Part shown: positions 7,376 through 14,560 of the stretch, in pieces
How positions within the stretch are numbered: the stretch's first letter is position 1
Layout: the number at the start of each line of letters is the position of its first letter
From: Candidatus Collierbacteria bacterium CG_4_9_14_3_um_filter_43_16
GTDB lineage: Bacteria > Patescibacteriota > Microgenomatia > UBA1400 > MFAQ01
DNA: 27,832 bases
Reading direction: 5' to 3'
Assembly: GCA_002789895.1 (NCBI GenBank)
Contig: PFUC01000004.1
Span: forward strand, 1 to 27,832
The notes under the pieces: generated by a model
What the model saw: the letters and a program-made list of their open reading frames with translations, nothing else
Told to the model about the DNA's origin: nothing
Databases searched by the model: none
Position numbers and translations under genes: made by a program

Positions 7376-8248
7376 CTAACTGGCGATTTTTGAGTCGCGG
7401 GATTCATCGAAGACAAATTCGAGAGTGTCTGAGACTAGTTTGTCCTCAAGACCATTAAAATCGTGGTCTCCACCATCATAAATGACGATTCTCTTTCTTG
7501 GACAATCTGCCAACTGCTTTTCTAAAATGTCCATAGCTCGATGGACGTCCATGACAGGGTATATACCATCGTCGTTCGTACATGTAAAAGATAGAACTGG
7601 CTTATTAATGGAGTTAACTTTTTTCCATCCCAGAGTTTGATCACCGTAATTGAAAATGGCGGCTTCGGAATTGTCTCCAAACAGACTGATATAGGCGTTG
7701 GCGGTGAGTGTTTTGATTCCCCAAAGCAAGTGGTCTATTTCTTCTTTCCCTCGCCCTTCAGCAACTAACGCTTTTGCTTTTGACAACATAATGTTGTGAT
7801 CAATAATACCCTCTTTGTCATGAACCAAGCCTATCATATCCGAAGGGCTTAAAAATATAAAACCAGCTAAATCGATTGGCTTTCGATTGTAATACCAGTT
7901 GACAATTTTTGCCGGACCAAGACTACTAGCCTGCATCCAGATATTCTTATACCCAAGACTATTGGTGAAACCAAACCATGCGTCGATATCTAGTAATGAA
8001 TCTTCAAATAGCTCGGAAGTATACTCAGTACCTTTAGTTATTTTGTTTTTATATGATCTTGTTTCTGAGGCCAAGAACGAAACTCCTTCTGTGGGGAACC
8101 TATCTGACATTTCTCGATAGTATCCGAGATTATATATGTCTCCAGCCATGCCAGGAATATGCAAAATGATATGTTCCCTGTTAGGGGTTTCGAATAGTCT
8201 TCCACCAAGTTGTAACCCATCGGCAGTTTGAGCGTGGACTTCTTTCAT
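7376..8248 (-). CDS. Alpha/beta hydrolase (DUF1749-like)
   Basis: Start moved to ATG 8248, just after the rny stop. Oxyanion HIPGMAG, nucleophile QASSLG, candidate acid TNDD and His in GGDHDF. Confidence 0.75.
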   Translation of the reverse strand: MKEVHAQTADGLQLGGRLFETPNREHIILHIPGMAGDIYNLGYYREMSDRFPTEGVSFLASETRSYKNKITKGTEYTSELFEDSLLDIDAWFGFTNSLGYKNIWMQASSLGPAKIVNWYYNRKPIDLAGFIFLSPSDMIGLVHDKEGIIDHNIMLSKAKALVAEGRGKEEIDHLLWGIKTLTANAYISLFGDNSEAAIFNYGDQTLGWKKVNSINKPVLSFTCTNDDGIYPVMDVHRAMDILEKQLADCPRKRIVIYDGGDHDFNGLEDKLVSDTLEFVFDESRDSKIAS

Positions 8249-8253
8249 ATTGT

Positions 8254-9807
8254 TTAACTGGCTATTTCGCTGGCACGGGTTTCGCGAATACAATTGACCT
8301 TGACTGTTCCTGGGAAAGTCATAGTGTCTCTGATTTCATCACGAATGGCTTGAGCCAGTACCGTCAATTGATCATCTCCTGCCTTGCTTGGGTTAACAAT
8401 GACCCTGATTTCTCTCCCGGCGGAAATAGCGTAGGCATCATCAACTTCAGGATGTTTCCTGGCAATTTCTTCGAGATGACGAATACGTTTGCCATATTCT
8501 TCGGTGTTTTCGTGGCGGGCACCGGGTCTGGAACCGGAAATAGCGTCGGCAATATAGACAATAACGGATTCGTTGGAAGTAAATTCTTCATCTTCGTGAT
8601 GCTGGGCCACACAATCGATAACGGTTTGAGGAATATTAAATTTCTTTAAAAATTGAACTCCGAGCTCGACATGATTACCCTCGCCTTCGATTATTTTGCC
8701 GATATCATGAAGGAGGCAGCCCATACGGACAGTGTCGACATTGGCACCAATTTCGTTCGCCATCTTAATACCTATTCTGGTTTCTTCCAAAGTGTGACTG
8801 ATCATATTTTGCCCATATGAGGTGCGGAATTTAAAGCGGCCCAGCATACCAATGATCTCGCGGTTCATGTTGTATACCCCGACAGCATGACAAAGCTTCT
8901 GGCCCTCAAGGAACATAATTTGCTCGACATCGCGTTTGGATCTCTCGAAGTACTCTTCAATACGGGCAGGGTGAATGCGGCCGTCTTTAATTAAATGAAT
9001 TAAAGTGAGACGAGCAATCTCCCGGCGAACAGGGTCGAAACTGCTTAGTTTAACTTCGTCTGGGGAATCATCCATGGAAACGTCACAGCCGGAGACTTTT
9101 TCAAAAATGCGAATATTCCGACCATCTTTGCCGATAATCCTACCTTTAGTTTCCTCATCCGGAATCGGAACAGTAGAGATGGTGTACTCGGCCACATAGT
9201 CTGTAGCCCCCGCCTTCATGGCATCCACCAAAATTTCTCTGGCTAGATCCTCACACTCTATCTTGGATTTTTCTTCGGCTTCTTTAATGGCTCTGGCTGC
9301 CTCTGCGGCGGAACGCTTTTCGACCTGAGCAATGAGCTCTTTTTTGGCTTGTTCGGTGGTTAATGAGGCAATCTTCTCCAGTTTTTCGACCATTGAATCG
9401 GCTTGTGAAGAGATTTTGGCTTTGAGTTCTTCAATTTGTGTGGTTTGGAGATCGAGATTCGCTTTCTCCTTTTTGAGTTGCTCTTCAATCGTCGAGTTAC
9501 TTTGCTGTTTTTGGGCTAGGTTTTTGGAGCGAACTTCGATTTCTTCCAGCTGAATTCGGGCATCTTTGATGGCCTGATCCTTAATCTTGAAGGCTTCGTC
9601 TTTGGCCGAGATAATGATTTCTCTGGCCTGAGACTGTGCTGTGGCCTGTGCGGAGGCAATGAGAGCGGCGGTATCTGGGGCAACTTTGGGGAGTTCCTGG
9701 TTATTAGTTTTTGATGGCTCAACAGGAGAAGATGGGACGGCTTTGGACTTGATTGAAGAAATAGAGCCTTTGAAAATATTGGACTTGAAAATGGATAGTA
9801 TAGACAT
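8254..9807 (-). CDS. rny: Ribonuclease Y
   Basis: Coiled coil, KH domain (KGRIIGKDGRNIR) and HD domain (LLHDIGK, ADAISGSRPGAR). Confidence 0.97.
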   Translation of the reverse strand: MSILSIFKSNIFKGSISSIKSKAVPSSPVEPSKTNNQELPKVAPDTAALIASAQATAQSQAREIIISAKDEAFKIKDQAIKDARIQLEEIEVRSKNLAQKQQSNSTIEEQLKKEKANLDLQTTQIEELKAKISSQADSMVEKLEKIASLTTEQAKKELIAQVEKRSAAEAARAIKEAEEKSKIECEDLAREILVDAMKAGATDYVAEYTISTVPIPDEETKGRIIGKDGRNIRIFEKVSGCDVSMDDSPDEVKLSSFDPVRREIARLTLIHLIKDGRIHPARIEEYFERSKRDVEQIMFLEGQKLCHAVGVYNMNREIIGMLGRFKFRTSYGQNMISHTLEETRIGIKMANEIGANVDTVRMGCLLHDIGKIIEGEGNHVELGVQFLKKFNIPQTVIDCVAQHHEDEEFTSNESVIVYIADAISGSRPGARHENTEEYGKRIRHLEEIARKHPEVDDAYAISAGREIRVIVNPSKAGDDQLTVLAQAIRDEIRDTMTFPGTVKVNCIRETRASEIAS

Positions 9808-9826
9808 GGTTAAAAAAATTATTAAC

Positions 9827-9963
9827 CTAATCTATGAGAAGTCAGCAAACACGCAAAATCAGTCGACTAGCGACCAGCCTGCCGGGTGGCGGGCTTTAGA
9901 GGGACTTTTTTATTTTGATTGAGATCGGACATTGCGTAATTTTGAATGACTAACATGATTAGT
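9827..9963 (-). ncRNA. Candidate 6S-like long-hairpin RNA or structured rny leader
   Basis: Nested helices ctaatc/gattag, atg/cat, agtca/tgact, caaa/tttg and acgcaa/ttgcgt, then an internal bubble and a terminal agcccgcc/ggcaggct stem. The 5' end coincides with the predicted TSS of a consensus promoter. Confidence 0.5.
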
Positions 9964-9969
9964 ATCTGT

Positions 9970-9998
9970 ATTTTAGTCTTCCAAATAGCCCCCGTCAA
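9970..9998 (-). promoter_or_regulatory. sigma70 promoter TTGACG-17-TAAAAT
   Basis: -35 at 9998..9993, -10 at 9975..9970 (overlaps the recX stop). Predicted TSS about 9963. Confidence 0.75.
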
Positions 9999-10452
9999 AT
10001 GCACTTTTGACGGCACGGTTGGAATAGCCTCGTTGGTAGAGCTTGGAGATTAGTTTCCGGCGGTCAAGATGGGGAAATTTTTGAAGATACTGTCTGATGG
10101 AGGCGATTTCAGCTTCCAGTGGCGCGCTGGTGGCGAGAGCCTCTGCAACCGCTTCCTGAGATAATCCTAAGTATTTGAGCTTGAGGGAAATAATCCTAGA
10201 ACCATAATGTTTGGACAACTGCCGTCTAACAAAGGCTTCGGAGAGGTATTGGTCGTTTAGGTAACCACTTTTGGCTAAATCCTCGAGTATAGAGTCGATA
10301 ATGGGACCGGGGTTCGTAAATTTTTCTTTTTCGGCCCGCCGAAACAGTTTTTCGCGCAACTGGACCCGAAAATACGGTCTCGCAGTAAGAATCCTACCAG
10401 CATATTTGACGAGGGTTTGCCGTGAATTATTTTTCTGGCTGGATGCCGGCAT
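9973..10452 (-). CDS. recX: Recombination regulator RecX
   Basis: Directly downstream of recA. Motifs GYLND..LSEAFVR, G...I..KL...G and the terminal L..RGY. Confidence 0.85.
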   Translation of the reverse strand: MPASSQKNNSRQTLVKYAGRILTARPYFRVQLREKLFRRAEKEKFTNPGPIIDSILEDLAKSGYLNDQYLSEAFVRRQLSKHYGSRIISLKLKYLGLSQEAVAEALATSAPLEAEIASIRQYLQKFPHLDRRKLISKLYQRGYSNRAVKSAFDGGYLED

Positions 10453-11488
10453 TGACCTTTTCCATAACTTGTTGCTTAATTTTCTCGATTACCTGGGGAC
10501 GCTCAGCCAGGGCAGTCTTCGCTGACTCCCGTCCTTGGGCAAGAGTTTCGCCATCGTACTTTATGAACGAACCAGCTTTTTCGAGCACGTTGTAAGCAAT
10601 GGCAGTGTCGATAAGGTCCCCTAGCTTACTGATACCGCCAACGTTGAGAACGTCGAATTCGGCAGTCCTAAAAGGCGAAGCGACTTTATTCTTCACTACT
10701 TTAGCACGGTGGCGGGAACCAATAATTTCGTCTCCCTCCTGAATATTACCGATTTTGCGCATGTCGATACGAATCGAAGCATAGAATTTGAGGGCTTTAC
10801 CACCGGTAGTAACTTCCGGATTACCAAACATGACACCTATTTTTTCGCGGAGCTGATTGGTAAAAATAACGATGCATTTGCTCTTGGAAATGGCACCGGT
10901 AATCTTTCTGAGGGCTTGGCTCATGAGTCTGGCCTGTAAACCCATGGAAGAATCCCCCATTTCACCCTCGATCTCAGACTTGGGAACTAAGGCGGCGACA
11001 GAATCAATGACTACGACATCCACACCGCCGGAACGGATAAGAGTTTCGGCAATCTCCAAGGCTTGCTCACCGTTGTCCGGCTGTGACAATAGAAGGCTGT
11101 CCAAATCAACTCCTATAGATTTGGCCCGACTAGGATCGACTGCATGCTCGGCGTCAAGAAAAGCGGCAATACCGCCCGCTTTTTGAGCTTCGGCGATGAC
11201 ATGAAGAGCTAAGGTGGTCTTACCTGAAGCTTCAGGACCATAAATCTCAATGATTCTGCCTTTGGGGAAACCGCCTACGCCTAAGGCTAAGTCTAAACTA
11301 ATAGAGCCTGAAGAGATAACAGGAATCTTTTCATCGACACGGTCGGAACCCATGTGCATAATGGCTCCTTCACCATACTGTTTGGTGATTTGTTGCATGG
11401 CAATTTTGACAGCAGTAAGGCGAGCGTTGTTATCTGTCGGCTTAGCGACTGACTTTCCTTCTTTAACTTTTTTGGATTTCTTTGGCAT
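10427..11488 (-). CDS. recA: Recombinase A
   Basis: [37 protein letters not shown] and [10 protein letters not shown]. Confidence 0.99.
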   Translation of the reverse strand: MPKKSKKVKEGKSVAKPTDNNARLTAVKIAMQQITKQYGEGAIMHMGSDRVDEKIPVISSGSISLDLALGVGGFPKGRIIEIYGPEASGKTTLALHVIAEAQKAGGIAAFLDAEHAVDPSRAKSIGVDLDSLLLSQPDNGEQALEIAETLIRSGGVDVVVIDSVAALVPKSEIEGEMGDSSMGLQARLMSQALRKITGAISKSKCIVIFTNQLREKIGVMFGNPEVTTGGKALKFYASIRIDMRKIGNIQEGDEIIGSRHRAKVVKNKVASPFRTAEFDVLNVGGISKLGDLIDTAIAYNVLEKAGSFIKYDGETLAQGRESAKTALAERPQVIEKIKQQVMEKVNAGIQPEK

Positions 11489-11517
11489 TTCCTTCGGGTA
11501 TTTATTAATCTAAAATC

Positions 11518-11545
11518 ATTATATCTATTTGGGTTATTTTCGCAA
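11518..11545 (-). promoter_or_regulatory. Probable recA promoter TTGCGA-16-TATAAT
   Basis: Perfect -10 at 11523..11518 and -35 at 11545..11540. Confidence 0.55.
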
Positions 11546-11625
11546 TACCATCAATTTATCTTCTAGATGATTTGTCGGGAAAAGATCGCTTAGGTAAAGA
11601 CTAATTAGGTTGATTTTGTATTCTT

Positions 11626-11730
11626 TTATTTTCTGTAATTTTGTTTCCATCCGAACTTAATGGCTTCGTTATACCTCCCACTTTCACGAGTAAATATATT
11701 ATTACAATAATCACACCTTACGCTGATCAC
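11626..11730 (-). pseudogene. 34-aa CxxC fragment, probable truncated Zn-ribbon/HNH-type gene
   Basis: GTG 11730 gives MISVRCDYCNNIFTRESGRYNEAIKFGWKQNYRK*. Only one CxxC pair is present. TTGACA lies at 11765..11760 upstream. Confidence 0.4.
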
Positions 11731-11790
11731 AATATCATTTACCCAAAATTTACCCGAAATGTCAAGCGGATGTGTTAAAATAGTCGAGCA

Positions 11791-11861
11791 CGGGGTGTAG
11801 TATAACGGTAGTATTCTACTATGGGGTAGTAGAGACCGGAGTTCAATTCTCCGCACCCCGA
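11791..11861 (+). tRNA. tRNA-Pro (GGG)
   Basis: Acceptor CGGGGTG/CACCCCG, anticodon arm CTACT-ATGGGGT-AGTAG, T arm CGGAG-TTCAATT-CTCCG, discriminator A. CCA is not encoded. TGtTAAAAT promoter at 11773-11781. Confidence 0.97.
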
Positions 11862-11900
11862 ATTATATGATAACGTTCGAAAACGGTCACGTTTCGGTTA

Positions 11901-11934
11901 AAAAAAGCTTGGTATATCAATACCGGGCTTTTTT
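11901..11934. terminator. Bidirectional intrinsic terminator
   Basis: aaaaaagcttggta-tatcaa-taccgggctttttt, with A/T tracts on both sides, between convergent units. Confidence 0.8.
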
Positions 11935-11939
11935 GAGAT

Positions 11940-12707
11940 TTAGCGAACGACTACGGGTGGCCCAATTGGTGTGGGAGTAACTTTTGCGGACTGAGTAATG
12001 ATAGATAGGGGGAGTGATTTCGAACTAGATCCGCCTCGATTATCACTGACATAGACCTTTAGATTGAAGAATCCAGATTGGATAGGAGTTCCAGAGATGT
12101 AACAGGTGATTTTGCCCCCGCTGACAGGAACTGAGCAAGGACCAGTTTTCAATCCAAAAGGTAATCCCGATATCGTCATGGTTAAAGCATCGCCAGAGTC
12201 GATATCAGAGGCATTCACCTTTGCATTGTACGATTTGTTTACATAACCAGTTGGTAGAGATGTGGTCTGGATAAGGGGAGGGTGATTGGTTGATGGTGTG
12301 GGGGTAGGAGTTCTTTTGGGAGTGGGTGTGGGTGTGGATTTACTTAGAGTTAGTTGTTTGACATAGAAGTAGGGTCCTTTCAGAATACCTGTAGCAATAA
12401 CTCGTTTGCCGACAAGTGGCTCCGCAAGAGATTTGGAAACCACCAAGGCGGTGCAAACACCTTTATCTCTAAGAATGCGATACCGGCCTTTTCCCTTGAC
12501 TGGAAGTGGAATTCCTACACATTGAGTCGTATCAGAATCACTTATCAGCTTGCCTATCAGAATTGAACCGTAAGAGGCGCGACTTTGATCGTTGAAGTTT
12601 CCAGTCTTTAGAAGTAGAGCGACGCCAAAAATAATAACCAGACCAATTAATAATAGGAGAGCAGAGAAAAGAGTCTTTTTATTCTGCTTTTTCATCTTTG
12701 TCTTCAT
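11940..12707 (-). CDS. Membrane-anchored surface protein with Pro/Thr linker and putative Ig (He_PIG/cadherin-like) domain
   Basis: N-terminal TM helix, TPTPTPKRTPTPTP linker and 'NHPP.I.TTSLP.G.V...Y...V.ASD.D.GD....SGLP.GL...ISGTP...G.F...V.VSD'. Confidence 0.8.
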   Translation of the reverse strand: MKTKMKKQNKKTLFSALLLLIGLVIIFGVALLLKTGNFNDQSRASYGSILIGKLISDSDTTQCVGIPLPVKGKGRYRILRDKGVCTALVVSKSLAEPLVGKRVIATGILKGPYFYVKQLTLSKSTPTPTPKRTPTPTPSTNHPPLIQTTSLPTGYVNKSYNAKVNASDIDSGDALTMTISGLPFGLKTGPCSVPVSGGKITCYISGTPIQSGFFNLKVYVSDNRGGSSSKSLPLSIITQSAKVTPTPIGPPVVVR

Positions 12708-12802
12708 ATCTATTCTATGTGGTTATTAATAGCCAACCTAGTACTAAAATTTAGTGTAGACCTTTTGACATTTTTTGCAAGTGAGGCTCAAAATGGCGTA
12801 GT

Positions 12803-14560
12803 CTAAAATTTATCAATATCGAGAACGGGCTGGCCGTAGTCGAAAATCTTAATAGGAATTTTTTCTTGTCCGATCAGTTTACTTCCGGAATAGGTAAGTT
12901 TGACGAGAATACCTTTTCTCGTTTCTTCCGACCACATTTGATCGAAAACTAAATTTCCCAGCGAATAGTAGATAGGTTTACCCAAATAGGTTTCAATCTC
13001 CTGGACCCAATGTGGATGGTGTCCGATGACAGCATCGGCACCAGAATCAATAGCCATATGAGCCAGCTCTACCTGATGCAGAGATCGATGACTATATTCA
13101 TTACCCCAATGAAAAGAGGCAATCACTATATCGGCTTGCGATTTGGCATGAATTATCTGATCGGAAACATTAACAGGCCAAGATGCGGAGACCTGAGAAA
13201 AATTTGGGGGGATATCGTTAAAACCCAGAAAGGCTATTTTTGTATTCTTGACGGTTTTGATCACCGGTTTCCCCAAACCAACAGGGGCGATTTGATTTTG
13301 GTTAAGAGTTGAAATGGTAAGGTCGAAACCACTATTACCCTGATTATCAATATGATTGTTGGCAAGGTTAGCAATGTCTACACCCGAGCCAACCAAGCCT
13401 TTGACAGAAATTGGGTCAGCACAAAAGACCATACCTGTGTCGGTAGATTTACACTCAGAACCAAAGGGTGATTCTAAGTTTATGAAGGTTAAGTCGGCAT
13501 CGTTCAGGATGCTGGATATTTTCTTGAACGGCCAAGAAGGATCGTTGTTTTTGGCGATCCGGGTACCAACTGACCGCCCAAGCATAACGTCACCGCCGAA
13601 AAGGAGAGTGGTGGAGGTGATCTCAGATTTCAGATCTCGGATGCCAGTTGGGGAAGGAATCGTATTGACGACAGAAGACTGTTGAGTGACGACCATGTGG
13701 CCGATAAGCAAATAATAGGAGGTAACCGATTCGGGAATGTGGTTAAAGGCGTACGAATCAGTGTGAACCAGAACTTCAGAAACAAGAGATCTGGCCCGAA
13801 TAATCTTCAGAGCCGATATCAGGGAGGCCGGAGAATCGAGATACTCCGATGATAGCTTTTCGATAGCCTGATAGCTGTGGTTGTATATAAAATTTTCGGT
13901 TTGATCGTCCCTCTGCGTAGCTTGGTCGCGAGTTAAGCCGTGAGAAAAATCAACTGAAGCAATAATTACAGTGTCAGGTGAGGCAGTAATTAGTTGTTGG
14001 ATAAAGCTATCGAGCAAGGCCTGATCAAGGTTCTTCTTGAGAGCAAAAGGAACAACTTGGGTATTTGGCAGGTAAAACGCAAGAAACGGCATTAGCCCGG
14101 CAAGCCCATGTTCGGGCACAAGAGCTTGATCGTCCAAACAGACAGTACCATGTCTGACGAACGAACCCAGAAGATTTTTATCCACTTGGATTTGCCCGTA
14201 CGGCGTGTCCCAACTATTTGATGATGAAATAATATCGCATTGACCGGTATTGGCGTGATTCGGTGACAAAAGAATAATTGTCTTGGGTGGGTCGGCGGTA
14301 AGTAAAGAGATCCCCCTAGCGATAATATTAGAAGCGGTTAGATGGTGCGGAACAACCATGACGGAAGGAGACGAACCTTGGGAAAGAGAAGGGTATTGAA
14401 GAACAGCAGGGAAAAAAGTACGATTATCGTAGGCAAAATCAGTAGAAAATGATGGCGAGAGAGAGGTGGTTCCCCGGGAATGACGGACACCAAAATAAAT
14501 AAGCAGCAATAAAAAAAGCAGAAAGGGAATGGAGACGATTAATCCCCGCCTGGTTTTCAT
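12803..14560 (-). CDS. Memo (AmmeMemoRadiSam protein B-like)-CapA/PGA_cap metallophosphatase fusion, membrane anchored
   Basis: Memo-like motifs VPHH, LSPNH, EHG and ASVDFSH. CapA motifs GDVMLGR, NLESP, LANNH, FHWGNEY, GHHPH and YSLGNLVFDQ. Confidence 0.9.
   Translation of the reverse strand: MKTRRGLIVSIPFLLFLLLLIYFGVRHSRGTTSLSPSFSTDFAYDNRTFFPAVLQYPSLSQGSSPSVMVVPHHLTASNIIARGISLLTADPPKTIILLSPNHANTGQCDIISSSNSWDTPYGQIQVDKNLLGSFVRHGTVCLDDQALVPEHGLAGLMPFLAFYLPNTQVVPFALKKNLDQALLDSFIQQLITASPDTVIIASVDFSHGLTRDQATQRDDQTENFIYNHSYQAIEKLSSEYLDSPASLISALKIIRARSLVSEVLVHTDSYAFNHIPESVTSYYLLIGHMVVTQQSSVVNTIPSPTGIRDLKSEITSTTLLFGGDVMLGRSVGTRIAKNNDPSWPFKKISSILNDADLTFINLESPFGSECKSTDTGMVFCADPISVKGLVGSGVDIANLANNHIDNQGNSGFDLTISTLNQNQIAPVGLGKPVIKTVKNTKIAFLGFNDIPPNFSQVSASWPVNVSDQIIHAKSQADIVIASFHWGNEYSHRSLHQVELAHMAIDSGADAVIGHHPHWVQEIETYLGKPIYYSLGNLVFDQMWSEETRKGILVKLTYSGSKLIGQEKIPIKIFDYGQPVLDIDKF

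Noticed and set aside
9838-9870. c-di-GMP-I riboswitch (GCAAAC...ACGCAAA) on the plus strand
   Set aside because: The P2 hairpin between the motifs is missing and no plus-strand gene lies downstream. The long-hairpin model explains the sequence better.
11489-11625. LexA/SOS box upstream of recA
   Set aside because: No CTGT-N8-ACAG or GAAC-N4-GTTC type palindrome was recognisable.
11821-11827. Unusual A32-U38 anticodon loop in tRNA-Pro
   Set aside because: ATGGGGT is the normal loop of tRNA-Pro(GGG), as in E. coli proL.
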